From the NCBI GenBank assembly GCA_951406725.2, contig OX597815.1, positions 3,038,001-3,102,000 on the forward strand: a stretch of DNA of 64,000 nucleotides, given 5' to 3'. The notes beneath the pieces were generated by a model. That model did no database searches. It had not been told where the DNA came from and worked only from the letters and a program-made list of their open reading frames with translations. The first letter of the stretch is position 1. The number at the start of each line of letters is the position of its first letter. The stretch is from Octopus vulgaris (taxonomy: Eukaryota). Positions 44,709 to 57,662 of this stretch are shown here, in pieces. The position numbers and the translations under genes are program-made.

Positions 44709-45078
44709 TAGCAAGAGCATTGAGAGAGCGCAAACCTGTGCCAAGGCAACACCAATGTCCTCTCAACGATTAGCCGGAGATGATTTTTAAAATGAAAATA
44801 TCTGAAATAAACTTGACTGATTTCACAAACGAAAATACTAAAAATGAACCCAACTACTCTCAAAAATTAAGTTTTAAAAAAAGCAGGAAAAATAATCCAG
44901 AATCCTTGTCCGGTACCGAATCGATCCCAAAATCTAATCCGTTCGGGCCAGTCATGAGGCCAAACATCCCTGAAAGTTTCATCGGAATCCATCCAGTGGT
45001 TGTTGAGCTATCTTGTCCATAAACAAACAAACACGACTGGAAACAATTCCTCTGCCTTCGGTAAGGCGGAGGTAATAA
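44709..45078 (-). mobile_element. Helentron-associated non-autonomous element (HINE/DINE-1-like)
   Basis: Minus strand starts TTATTACCTCCGCCTT..AAGGCAGAG (self-complementary), then (GTTT)n, a subterminal inverted copy GGCACAGGT near the far end, T-rich flanks. Confidence 0.6.
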
Positions 45079-45500
45079 CATTCATCATATTGATATTAGA
45101 ACGACGAATAACCGTTTTACCATTATTGCTAATTAGTGACACCACTAACGAGGAATGCTGATAATTGCAACAGTCTTGGTAATAGTAATCTTGATAAAAG
45201 AACTTGTGATGTGAGTGGCGTTCATGTTGGAGATTACGTGGAGGAATATTTAGGATTACTATTGCGCCTGTTATTGAGACACATCCAATTGCAGCTACAT
45301 AAACCCTTCTAGCTGCCCTCTGAACAGCAAATGCAATATGTAGGATGTTATATATAAATGCAATATCATGGCACACAACAATACTAAATTCTATTCTGGA
45401 TTATCCATAGAGTTTAGAAAACGATTCTACTCATAAAAAAAATTCTCTCCGACTCTAGACGCACTCATTCAACATCGGTTTTATAATATATTCACGATTT

Positions 45501-45533
<33 letters not shown>

Positions 45534-45719
45534 ACTACCAATTACAGTGGTCTGTCATTGGTACAGCAGAACCCTACAAAGGCGAAAGACGTGATTGCCG
45601 TTTGTATTTAAATGAATCACTAGAATATTTCCTTGCCGAGGAAAGCTTCCTTTAGCAAAGAGACAATCTTGAACAGTCCACAGAAAATGTCCAGGACATT
45701 CAAATTGTATGGCAAACGA

Positions 45720-46420
45720 TATGAGGAGTAGACTTCAAATCAAATCTTTCCTTGGAAGAACATCATGGGTGACGTAAAGTGGGTTTTCTAGAATCATACC
45801 CAACGAAAATGACAATGGTTAGCATCTAATGGAAAAGGGGGAATCCATTCCTAAACCAGGACCACACGTGAAAAAGGTTATGCTTAATGTTTGGCGAGAT
45901 ATGTAGGGCTGTCGCCTATCATGAAGTATTAAACTAAAGCGTAACAGTTAATGCAGAGAAATATTGCTGCCATTTGGAAGCATTGCGCAAATGTTTGCAG
46001 ACGAAGTATTCATCATTGATCAATTTTAAAGGGACGTTACTCTTACACGACACTGCAAAACCTCCATATTGCCCGAGACACACAGGAAAAACTGAGGTAA
46101 AACCTTCCATATTTCCTGCCATCTTTTCCTTACTCATTTGACCTTGTTCCATCGCCTTTTCGGATCATTGCAACATTATTTAGAAGGAAGATTCTTTATT
46201 GACTCATTTTGTGGAGAGGTTAAAATAATACTGAGTATTGTTCCATCGCCTTTTCGGATCATGGCAACATTATTTAGAAGGAAGATTCTTTATTGACTGT
46301 GGAGAGGTTAAAATAATACTGAGTATTTCTTTGTTCCAAAGAATCTTATGCTTGAGGGATCAGCAATTTACCAAATGAATGGGGAAATGTTATCAATAAG
46401 GAAGGGGAAGTCTTATCTTG
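45720..46420 (+). pseudogene. Decayed mariner (Tc1/mariner) transposase
   Basis: Piecewise translation IMGDVKWVF..PKPGPHVKKVMLNVW..TVNAEKYC..LLLHDTAKP..LFGSLQHYLEGRF with stops and frameshifts. ~94-bp internal tandem duplication at 46144/46238. Confidence 0.8.
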
Positions 46421-46544
46421 ATTAAATAAATCAATTATGACCAAAGAAGTATTTGTTTCTTTCGCATCTTGAAATGAGACAGGACTATCTTTTCAAACTA
46501 AGATTTTACATATATATATATATATATATATGTATGTATATGTA

Positions 46545-46589
<45 letters not shown>

Positions 46590-46632
46590 GTGTGTGTATG
46601 TATATATATATATATATATGTATATGTGTGTG

Positions 46633-46737
<105 letters not shown>

Positions 46738-46749
46738 GTGTGTGTGTGT

Positions 46750-47047
46750 GGAGGCGCAATGGCCCAGTGGTTAGGGCAGCGGACTCGCGGTTGTAGGATC
46801 GCGGTTTCGATTCCCAGACCGGGCGTTGTGAGTGTTTATTGAGCGAAAATACCTAAAGCTGCACGAGGCTCCGGCAGGGGATGGTGGTGATCCCTGCTGT
46901 ACTCTTTCGCCACAACTTTCACTCGCTCTTTCTTCTGTTGGCCTGCTCGCATAGCCAGCAGGGGTGGCGTCATTTGGAAGCTAAAAAAATGCGAAGCGCA
47001 TTGTGACCAGCGATGTGTAGCTACATCTGATAGCCTGGTCGGTCACG

Positions 47048-47051
<4 letters not shown>
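46750..47051 (+). mobile_element. tRNA-derived SINE with alternative 3' tail
   Basis: Head and body as in 30076, different sequence after ~46930. Confidence 0.85.
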
Positions 47052-47093
<42 letters not shown>

Positions 47094-47664
47094 CACACAC
47101 ACACACACATACATACATGATGTATGTAGAGGTGAGTATAGGTATGTAAATTTTTTCGTGCTGTTTTATGTAAGCGCATGTCATATTCTCTTTACAGTGC
47201 TCACACACACACATACACACACACACACACACGAAGGGGTGAAGAGAGAGAATGAGAAATAGAGGTGACGAAAGAAAGATCAGCTCTCCATAGTCACGGG
47301 CGAAACATAATCGGCAACCCGGGTTAGCCTCCTCCATACGTTTTGGTCAATTACTCGGCTTTTTATATTAGACAGCAGCGGGCAGAATGTCAAATTATTG
47401 AACGTCAAATAAACATAAATAATATAGACAAGAGATGCGTAAACAACCACCAGCAATCACACACACACACACACACACACATCCGTGTGACAGTGTATGT
47501 CTACATGTGTGGATATTGTTTTCAAGCAGCAGCAACTACGCCTCGGGTATCCCTCATTGGCTGTAGTATACATACTTATCAAGTTACATATCGGTGTATA
47601 TAATATACACACACATATACATGACATTTGTACGCATGTACAAACATATACACACACCCATATA

Positions 47665-47744
<80 letters not shown>

Positions 47745-47838
47745 CACACACACATACATACATATATATATATATATATGCAAAAACGTGTGTATCCCTT
47801 CATGCAGTCATATATACAAACATACAATATACACACAA

Positions 47839-47891
<53 letters not shown>

Positions 47892-48150
47892 TATACACAC
47901 ACATATATATACACACACACATATATATATATATACACACACACATATATATATATACACACACATATATATATATATATACACACACATATATATATAT
48001 ATACACACACACATATATATATATATACACACACATATATATACACACACATATATATACACACACACATGTATATATATATACACACACATATATATAC
48101 ACACACACATATATATACACACACATATATATATATATATATACACACAA

Positions 48151-48199
<49 letters not shown>

Positions 48200-48518
48200 T
48201 AGGAATGTGTGTGTACATCTGGAAATGATAACAATAACAGAAAGAAAAGAAAACTCCTTCAATTTGTGACACGTGTATCAAACCATCTGAAATAAACAAG
48301 TTAAAAGAGAAATAAATAAACAATAAGGAAACAATTATGTGAAGCTGGGGTGAAGGGCACGGTTGGGGAGACGGGGGAGAGTTGGTGCTGATAACCGTCG
48401 AAGGTTCGAGCTTCAGTGAGGAGGTCTGAGATTTTTTTTTGGTTACTATTTGCTAATGATATTTTTTGTTTTATAAAGAATTTTTCTTCTGTTTATTTTT
48501 AAACCTAAGTTTCATATG

Positions 48519-48567
<49 letters not shown>

Positions 48568-48943
48568 GTGTATATATATTTAATGGCGGTGACAGTGAGG
48601 GGGTTGTGTGGTAGTTGGTGGGGATGCTGATGTGTAGAGTGTGGCAGGGGTCGGGTAGACGAGCTACTAAGGGATGTTGGAATTTAGTGGTGTGCTCCAC
48701 AAACTACTTTAACGAAGTGAAGTGTTGACATCATCCGTGTCTACGGATCACCAAAGTTTCTTTCCAGTTTCGCCCCACACTCTTTCTCTCACTTGTTTAT
48801 CTCTCACTTTTCGCTGCCTCTCCATCACATTCACTCCTTTTTATCTTTTGCTCTCTTCAACTATTTGTCATTTCCATCTTTTTTGCGACATTTCTCCCTT
48901 TCTTCCACTCCCTTCTCTTTCTCTTTCATCCACAAACCCAGAC

Positions 48944-49073
48944 GAGAACTCCTATACAATGCTTTTAGTTTCCCGATGAGCCACGAATATGTAGTTATCC
49001 GATTACCGATCGATAGTAGGATAAATTTGTAGCCGTGGCTCGTTGGGAAACTCGGAGTACCGTAAGAGTTTTC
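48944..49073. repeat. Imperfect ~130-bp palindrome
   Basis: AGTTTCCCGATGAGCCACG / CGTGGCTCGTTGGGAAACT, centred on CGATCG (49007-49012). Confidence 0.8.
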
Positions 49074-49382
49074 CTTATTTGAATGATGTATCTTAATATA
49101 TTCTCTAGTTTAGCGATACCGACGTCCACTCTTGTTGTCGCAGGCAGTTACTCGCTACACACACAGGCGCGCGCTCTAAGTTTCGTGTTACAGTAAATTT
49201 TATGAGCACTCATCAGATAAATAAACAAGTCACTCTCTTTATAAGTTAGGACTGGCATGACAATATTTAATTTTAATTATGAAGAAATCTTTACCTATTA
49301 ATTACTATTGTAGGGAAATAGTCAACAAAAATAACTTAAAAGATAGCTTCAATTAAACATGCGATAACTCCTAATTAGAAGT

Positions 49383-49768
49383 GTGTGGAAGCACTCCGTC
49401 GGTTACGACGACGAGGGTCCCGGTTGATCCGATCAACGGAACAGCCTGCTCGTGAAATTAACGTGTAAGTGGCTGAGCACTCCACAGACACGTGTACCCT
49501 TAACGTAATTCTCGGGGATATTCAGCGTGACACAGAGAGTGACAAGGCCGGCCCCTTGAAATACAGGTACAACAGAAACAGGAAGTAAGAGTGAGAGAAA
49601 GTTGTGGTGAAAGAGTACAGCAGGGATCACCACCATCCCCTGCCGGAGCCTTATGGAGCTTTAGGTGTTTTCGCTCAATAAACACTCATAACGCCCGGTC
49701 TGGGAATCGAAACCGCGATCCTACGACCGCGAGTCCGCTGTCCTAACCACTGGGCCATTGCGCCTCCA
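49383..49768 (-). mobile_element. Full-length tRNA-derived SINE with 12-bp TSD
   Basis: CTAATTAGAAGT at 49371-49382 and 49769-49780. A/B boxes. Confidence 0.9.
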
Positions 49769-51184
49769 CTAATTAGAAGTAATCCCACAAAAATAGCTGA
49801 GAAAAATTTCACCTGCAATATCACATGGGTCACATGGCCTTCTTTATCCGTCCGGCAATGCCGAAGCAGTTTTCTACGAAGCAAGGTCACCTCCACTACA
49901 TTAAACAAATAAACAACATTAAGTCGGTATGGTGGAAAGTAAATTCGAAACGATTTCAACCATACTTTTTCCAAGAAGAGGATTTCTCTTGAAGGAGCAT
50001 AAAAAAGAGAATCATAATTATTTAGTCCTGTGTTCGACAAGAAGTGGAAGAGTCTCGAGAGATATAAGGCCTAGAGAAATGAAACAAATGTCTGTAGTTT
50101 ATACACGTTAGATAAGAAGAACCACATGCGAATGAATCTCAGTAAATTTGCTGGCTATTTGAATGTTAGATCAGAGATCTTCAATCAGTTCAGTCACTTC
50201 GATAATTATCTACTGGAAACGATAACACTGAAATTATACTACCGCCTCTCTGATTGGATCAACTTAATTTTTTTTTAATAAAAAACAAAAACACATACTC
50301 ATATCTTCTCTTTTCTAGCACCCTGCTATGAGATTTATTATTAATCTGATCAAGTTATGATGTTGTTTACTTCATATTTATAATGTACCTTGTGTCTCCA
50401 AGCAATTTTCATGCTCTGGACACATGGGTCGTTCTATTTGAAAAACACGATGCTGGTACATGAGAAGCAGGGTGAATAAAAACGGAAAAAAAGGAAAAAT
50501 GTTTCGATGACAACAAACTATTAGTGGCCCGTATCTTTATACGGGCCACTACTCATTCATTAAATCATCTTTATTTGTCTAATTTTTTTGTTGATCCTAC
50601 CTACCGTAACCTAACAGTAGATATGATATATGCTATTTTACTAAAGTTAACAGTTTGTGAAGTTTTTTACGGGTTTAATAAAATAATCTGACCTATCACC
50701 GGTACCCGAGTGCACTATTTTTACCATCTTGTTACCTTAGTTTGTACCTTTGTGCTTACTTGGTCGGGTATTAGTAATTTAAGAGTCTCAATAGAAAAAG
50801 TGACACTCTTCGAATTTCACCTCTTTTAATACCAATTAACAAGCAATTAATTACTCGATTAATTAATCAGTTAATTGGTTTATGAAAGTCTTTCGTCACA
50901 CTACTCTGACCTTATCACTGATGTCTCTCGTTCGCATTTGCTCCGTGCTATTTTTCTTAAATGTCTGCCAGGCATTCTCTTCTGACAGCGACTCATCTTA
51001 CAAGACAGGGTAAACGCAGATACTTGTGTGTCCTACCTACCTACCTACCTACCTACCTACCTACCTACTGTTTAAACCTATAACTCATCCCTTCTCTCTC
51101 TCTCTCTTTCTTTCTTTTCTGTAAATAAGTTTCTCAGTTTAACTCCATTAATCTTTTATCCTCATTATTATTATCAACAACAAA

Positions 51185-51410
51185 AGGCAGCGGCTGCAAG
51201 ATGGCAGAATCGTTAGCACGCTGGACAAAATGTTTAGCGCCATTTTCTTTGTCTTTACGTACTGAGTTCAAATTCTGGCGAGGCTGACTTTGCCTTTCAT
51301 CGTTTCGGGGGTCAATAAAACAAGTACCAGTTGAACAGTGGGATCGAATCGAATTACCTCCACTCCTACCCGGAAAAACAATCGCTGGCCTTGTGCCAAA
51401 TTTGGACATC
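51185..51410 (+). mobile_element. SINE (GGCGAGCTGGCAGAA family)
   Basis: Homology to 61604-61818. Confidence 0.75.
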
Positions 51411-51444
51411 AATAACCACCCCTTCCCTTCCACCACCACCACTA

Positions 51445-51822
51445 TACCTATTTCTTTATTACCCACAAGGGGCTAAACACAGAGGGGACAAACAAGGACA
51501 GACATAGGTATTAAGTCGATTACATCGACCCCAGTGCGTAACTGGTACACGACCCCGAAAGGATGAAAGGCAAAGTCGACCTATACCTATTACCTTTTCT
51601 TTATTACCCACAAGGGGCTAAACACAGAGGGGACAAACAAGGACAGACATAGGTATTAAGTCGATTACATCGACCCCAGTGCGTAACTGGTACTTAATTT
51701 ATCGACCCCGAAAGGATGAAAGGCAAAGTCGACCTTGGCGGAATTTGAACTCACAACGTAACGGCAGACGAAATACCGCTAAGCATTTCGCCCGGCGTGC
51801 TAACGTTTCTGCCAGCTCACCA
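51445..51822 (-). mobile_element. SINE of the same family with duplicated 3' portion
   Basis: 51450-51583 repeats 51596-51733 with an internal deletion. Head at 51740-51822. Confidence 0.8.
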
Positions 51823-52035
51823 TTAACGCCACCATCACAACAACCCCTACCAATACTAGTCTTACCACTTATTACTACCATGACCAACAACAGTATCCTC
51901 CCCCCCCTGCATCACCGACAATACGCGAATCTCTATGATGACAAATACCAGCATTGTTGTTGTTATTGTAGTTTCGTTTGTTGTTATGGTTATTGTTGCG
52001 ACTATTATTGCTGTTGTTACTGTTCTAATTGTTAT

Positions 52036-52388
52036 CCTTACGGCACTCCGTCGGTTACGACGAAGAGGGTTCCAGTTGATCCGATCAACGGAACAGCCTG
52101 TTCGTGAAATAAACGTGCAAGTGGCTGAGCACTCCACAGACACGTGGACCCTTAATGTAGTTTTCGGGGGGAGATTCAGGGTGACACAGAGTTTGACAAA
52201 GCCGGCCCTTTGAAATACAGGTAGAACAGAAACAGGCAGAAAGAGTGAGAGAAAGTTGTGGTGAAAGAGTAGAGCAGGGTTGCCCCCCCCCCCCCTACAT
52301 GCCGGAGCCTCGTGGAGCTTTAGGTGTTTTCACTCGATCCTATGACCGCGAGTCCGCTGCCCTAACCATTTGGCCATTGCGCCTCCAC
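52036..52388 (-). mobile_element. tRNA-derived SINE (internally deleted), ~10-bp TSD
   Basis: TAATTGTTAT at 52026 and 52391. Homology to 49383-49768. Confidence 0.85.
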
Positions 52389-52459
52389 TGTAATTGTTAT
52401 ATACATGCTACTTTAAGCATCACTAATACACGAAACATTACTAAACAGTTTAATCATTA

Positions 52460-52500
<41 letters not shown>

Positions 52501-52554
52501 CAGAATGAGATAAAAATCCAAGGCTGTGAAAGATTTTAGAACATTTATAAAGAG

Positions 52555-52602
52555 GTCTTACAGCTGTTTCCGGGATATTTTATATATCCCTTCATCGGAG
52601 AC
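52555..52602 (-). ncRNA. Type I hammerhead motif (CCGAUGA core variant)
   Basis: GTCT-CCGATGA-A-GGGATAT..ATATCCC-G-GAAAC-AGCT-GTA-AGAC. Confidence 0.7.
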
Positions 52603-52797
52603 GGTGCGAGAAAATGGTTAAGTAATAGTTATTCCAGAGAAGATATGAAATAGAGAGTGAAGTGGAGGAATGAAAATAGACGTGAGATATGCAGGGATAT
52701 TGTATCTTTAGGCAGAATGGTATATATATAAGATTCCTGTACCTTGTGAGTAAGTTCCAATAGTATTTAAAATAGTATTTAACCATATTCTCACACC

Positions 52798-52846
52798 GTC
52801 TCCGATGAAAGGGATATATAAAATATCCGGGAAATAGCTGTAAGAC
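52798..52846 (+). ncRNA. Type I hammerhead motif (CCGAUGA core variant, second arm)
   Basis: GTCT-CCGATGA-AAGGGATAT..ATATCCGG-GAAAT-AGCT-GTA-AGAC. Confidence 0.6.
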
Positions 52847-53533
52847 TTATTTATAAATGTTCTAAAATCTTTCACAGCCTCGGATTTTAATCGCATTCTG
52901 TTATTTTTTTAATATATACACCTGCTGATATATGACCTACGTTGGACTCCTCATTTGCATAATCACCGAACCTGGAGCTTAACTATAGTCTGTCCATAGT
53001 ACTTACTCAGCATTATCTGACATCTTTGGGTCTTATTGACACCATTACCTCTCATAACCCAAATATATATATATATATAATGGGTGGGAGTACGTGAATC
53101 TGTGGGCGTATATAGATACGCAGAGTAAGTGCTCAGACCGGACCAAATACCTAAAATGGAACGTCGAACGAAAGAATAGGGAACCAGGGCAAATAAGAGT
53201 TGGCTATAGGTAAGGAACCGACCAAGCTAATGAAAGCATAATACAATAAAAGACAGGCAGGTGATTGTTAATGACATCAAAGCATTTATAAAATAATTAT
53301 ACAAAAAGTGAAAATATAATTAAAGAGAAAAACTGGGAAATCAGAAAAGCGAGATTCAACAGTAATTCTTTTACGGGGAAGGAGGAGATGTTCCGTGAGT
53401 TCATACTCTAGTATCACTGATAAAAGACAAACGGATCCGAGTAGCCAATCGCAGTGACTCATCCTTCATAGTGAGGTAAAAGTCCTGGGAGTTACAACTC
53501 GAACTTCTGAATCAAGAGTGGAGAAGACGGGTT

Positions 53534-53677
53534 ATCCTTTACAGCTGTTTCCTGGATTGGGTGTTTAGTGAGTGAAATAACGGGCATTGCTTCTACCCAT
53601 ACAAGTAAAATAGTAGTAGCTCATGTATTTGGATTAAACAAACTTATATGAACAATTTATCCCTTCTTCAGAAAGAC
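53534..53677 (-). ncRNA. Type I hammerhead motif with long stem II insertion
   Basis: GTCTTT-CTGAAGA-AGGGAT..(~100 nt)..ATCCAG-GAAAC-AGCT-GTA-AAGGAT. Lies in a ~600-bp element (53080-53685) between microsatellites. Confidence 0.65.
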
Positions 53678-54380
53678 ATTTTCTTACACACACACACACA
53701 CACAGAGTAGCTACCGACTTTTGCCCAACAAAGATTGTCATTGACAAAATGAAATTCGCCAATTACCGTTCACAATAGAAACCCATAAAGAATTGTATTT
53801 CAACTCGTCGCCCTTCTCCAGACTCCAATTGACGAGATTTACAATTAAGCCTAAGCAAAATATCTGGTATCAATAAACGTAACGAGTTCGGGAATGTGGC
53901 GGCACCCTGGTCCTCAGGACCAGTTACTGAAAATCCCCAAATGACCTCAGGTCATCGCCAGCTTAAAAGGATTTTAAATCAATTATTTTCCTCCAGAGAC
54001 ATGCTTTAAACAAAAGCCATAAGGGCTGCCGTACTTTCACTGCTCTTACACTGTGCCGGACATCAAACCAGAATTTTAAGGTCACCTTGATATTGTTAGG
54101 TGGTTGTTGAGCCTGTGTTGAGCCCACCCGTTTATTTTGACGGGTATTTATCTATTTATTTGTGTGCTGGGTTTCTGGGGAGCTCTTCTCAGCAGGCTGG
54201 TCTGTGACGGGGCTCGATTTAATTGCTGACAACCTTACCAAGCAAAAAAAGGGTGTACCAGCCTACATGCTACCAGTAGCCAACAGAGAACCACCATACA
54301 TACATACACGCGCACACGTGTATATATATATATACAGTATATATGTTAAACGCATGCACATATACCATACATGCAGGCTT

Positions 54381-54427
<47 letters not shown>

Positions 54428-54428
<1 letters not shown>

Positions 54429-54642
54429 CTTTCTTTCTTTTACTCGTTTCAGTCATTTGACTGCGGCCATGCTGGAGCACCGCCTTTAGTCGAGCAAATC
54501 GACCCCGGGACTTATTCTTTTGTAAGCCCAGTACTTATTCTATCGGTCTCTTTTGCCGAACCGCTAAGTGACGGGGACGTAAACACACCAGCATCGGTTG
54601 TCAAGCAATGCTAGGGGGACAAACACAGACACACAAACACAT

Positions 54643-54675
<33 letters not shown>

Positions 54676-54838
54676 CATATATACGACAGGGCTTCTTTCA
54701 GTTTCCGTCTACCAAATCCACTCACAAGGCATTGGTCGGCCCGGGGCTATAGCAGAAGACACTTGCCCAAGATGCCACGCAGTGGGACTGAACCCGGAAC
54801 CATGTGGTTGGTAAGCAGGCTACTTACCACACAGCCAC
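54428..54838 (-). mobile_element. Full-length tRNA-derived SINE with internal microsatellite
   Basis: Head GTGGCTGTGTGGTAAG..GGTTCAGTCCC, tail GGCGGTGCTCCAGCATGGCCGCAGTCAAATGACTGAAAC, (AAAG)n. Confidence 0.9.
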
Positions 54839-54899
54839 TGTGTAAGTATACACACACACTTACACATTTTTCTAGGTCGGGGACAGACATATACACACA

Positions 54900-54948
<49 letters not shown>

Positions 54949-55334
54949 GACATTAGTGACATAGTCTCTCCCTCGTCTCTCTCTTTGTGACATTCTCTCT
55001 CTCTCTCTCTCTTCTCCCCCACACACTATAAAGTCCTCTCTCTCTCTCTCTCTCCCACCACCACCCACCTATATACTCACCCCCTATTTTACAGTTTTAT
55101 ACAATTCCACTGTTGAAATATTTATCAGTCATCTGTCACCCGGACACCACCCGATTCCCCACCCCTATTTCAACACTTCCTCACGCTAACCCTCTAACCA
55201 CCACCACCACCACCCCTGTATATCTACAACTACTTCACTGCTAGATACCATCACACTACCACCTGTACCACCATTCCCCTCCTCACCACTACAACCATAA
55301 CCTCCACCGCTGTTTATCAACAGTGTTAACATCT

Positions 55335-55936
55335 TTCACTTGTTTCAGTCATTAGACTGCGGCCATGCTGGAGCACAGCCTCGAAGAATTTTTAGTCAAA
55401 TGAATCGACCTCAGTATTCTTTTCTTTTTTTTTTAGCCTGGTACTTATTCTATCAGTCTCTTTTGCCGAATCGCTAAGTCACGGAGATGTAAACACACCA
55501 AGTTGTCAAGCCGTGATGGGGGACACAAACGCGCGCGCGCGCGCACGCAAGCACACACACACACACACACACACGCACACAAGTACTCTTTTATGCGTTT
55601 TAATCATTTCAGTGCAGCCATGCTGGAGCAACGCCGAAGGATTTTAGTCAAGCAAATCGACCCCAGGACTTTGTAAGCCTAGTACGTATTTCTATCGGTT
55701 CCCTTTTTGCCGAACCGCTAAGTTACGTAAACGTAAACACACCAACACTGGTTGTCAAGCAGGGGACCAAACAGACACCCACCCACACCCACACCTTTCC
55801 GTCTACCAAATCCAATCAAGGCTTTGGTCGGGCCAAGGCTATGGAAGACACTTGCCCGAAGTGTCATGCTGTGGGATTGAACGCGGAACCATATGGTTAA
55901 GAAGCAAACTTCTTACCACTCAGCCACGCCTGCGCC
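55335..55936 (-). mobile_element. Two adjacent copies/fragments of the same SINE family
   Basis: 55335-55520 is tail only, 55580-55936 is near full length. Confidence 0.8.
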
Positions 55937-55991
55937 TGCTAGATTATTATTATTATTATTATTGTTGTTTTTTCTTCTGTTGCTGAGGTGA

Positions 55992-56234
55992 CTCTTTCTT
56001 TCTTTCTTTCTTTCTTTCTCTTTCTTTCTCTCTCTTTCTCTCTCTCCCTTTCTCTTTCTCTCTCTCTCTCCCTTTCTCTCCCTTTCTCTTTCTCTCTCTC
56101 TTTCTCTCTCTCTCCCTTTCTCTCTCTCTCTCTCTCTCTCCCTTTCTCTCCCTCTCTCTCTTTCTTTCTCTTTCTTTCTCTCTCTCTCCCTTTCTCTCTC
56201 TCTCTCTCCCTTTCTCTTTCTTTCTCTCTCTCTC

Positions 56235-56272
<38 letters not shown>
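55992..56272. repeat. Polypyrimidine (CT)n/(CTTT)n tract
   Basis: Direct reading. Confidence 0.95.
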
Positions 56273-56274
<2 letters not shown>

Positions 56275-56589
56275 ATTTCGTTAATATTTGTATTAGTTTT
56301 TACTTTAAAGAGATTCCAGTCTTGAAAGATTTATCCACATCGTCACTGCCTCCTCCCCTTCCACTCCATCTCCTACTCTCTCTCTCACTCTTTCTCTCTC
56401 CACCTTCCCCTTCTCAAGTGACACCTTCACACTTTCTCTCCTCCTCCCCCTCCCCGTTATCACAATCTCTCTTTACCAACATAATGTCTTCTTTGATAGT
56501 AAACCATTTCTCCAGAATCGTGAGTTTTTTTTCGTTTTCTTCATTGGAGAAAGAAAAAAACAAGCAGAGAGAGAGGAGTGAAGAGAAAG

Positions 56590-56972
56590 AGAGACAGGAA
56601 TAGAGAGAGAGAGAGAGACAGGAACAGAGAGAGAGAGAGAGACAGGAACAGAGAGAGAGAGACAGGAACAGAGAGAGAGAGAGAGAAGAGAGAGAGAGAC
56701 AGGAACAGAGAGAGAGAGAGAGAGACAGGAACAGAGAGAGAGAGACAGGAACAGAGAGAGAGACAGGAACAGAGAGAGAGACAGGAACAGAGAGAGAGAG
56801 ACAGGAACAGAGAGAGAGAGAGACAGGAACAGAGAGAGAGACAGGAACAGAGAGAGAGAGACAGGAACAGAGAGAGAGAGACAGGAACAGAGAGAGAGAG
56901 AGAAAAAGAGAGAGAGAGAAAGAGAGAGAGAGAGACAGGAACAGAGAGAGAGAGACAGGAACAGAGAGAGAG
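56590..56972. repeat. Minisatellite GACAGGAACA(GA)n
   Basis: Repeated ACAGGAACAG with variable (GA)n spacers. Confidence 0.95.
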
Positions 56973-57484
56973 GGAGGGAGGGGTAGAGAGATGCAAGCAC
57001 GGTTAGGCAGATAGATGTGGAGAAAGGCGGATAGATGGCCAAATAGTTAGGCAGGTGGATCGATGGATGAATGGATAGGCGAGGCGATCGATAAATTGAC
57101 GGAGAGATAGAGAAGCTAAAAGACAGGAAAACGGATTGATGGAGATCGATAGACAGGGGGCACGTGACAAAGGGACAGGGAGACGGATTGAAAGGTAAGA
57201 GGTGTAACTAGACAGAGGTTCAACTTGACATATTGTAGCTCCGTCTCCCTTCTTTCCGTCCATCTTGGGGTTATTCTACGACAAAAGTAAGACAGATTTC
57301 GTTGGGGTGTGTGTGTGTGTGTGTGTGTGAAGAAAGTAGAAAAGAAAGGATTACGGTGGCATTCAGATCACCAAACACGTCCCATCTTAACCATTCCATT
57401 CTCCATATCATCCCCCCCACCGCCACCCAGTTGTGAGATGACGAATTATTTCGATACTGTCACTTGGGGTGGAAGAATTTTCTT

Positions 57485-57517
<33 letters not shown>

Positions 57518-57631
57518 ATTTCTCATATTTCATGTACGTCTATTTGTGTGTGTGTGCGTTTGTGTGTGTGTATTTGTGTGTATAAGGTGCATGCGTTAGT
57601 ATTATACAGAAATGTAAACACACCATATGTA

Positions 57632-57662
<31 letters not shown>

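Larger units (their letters stand above)
52497..53065. mobile_element. Penelope-like inverted pseudo-LTR pair with 3' extension, in (TA)n
   Basis: ~130-bp arms 52497-52626 and 52775-52904, each with an HHR motif. One-sided extension to ~53065. Confidence 0.75.

Noticed and set aside
46981-47337. ORF starting MEEANPGCRLCFARD (CxxC) in a CpG-richer segment
   Set aside because: Runs directly into microsatellite with no convincing splice donor or recognisable domain.
56473-57042. Ser/Leu-rich and Arg/Glu-rich ORFs
   Set aside because: Translations of the GA minisatellite.
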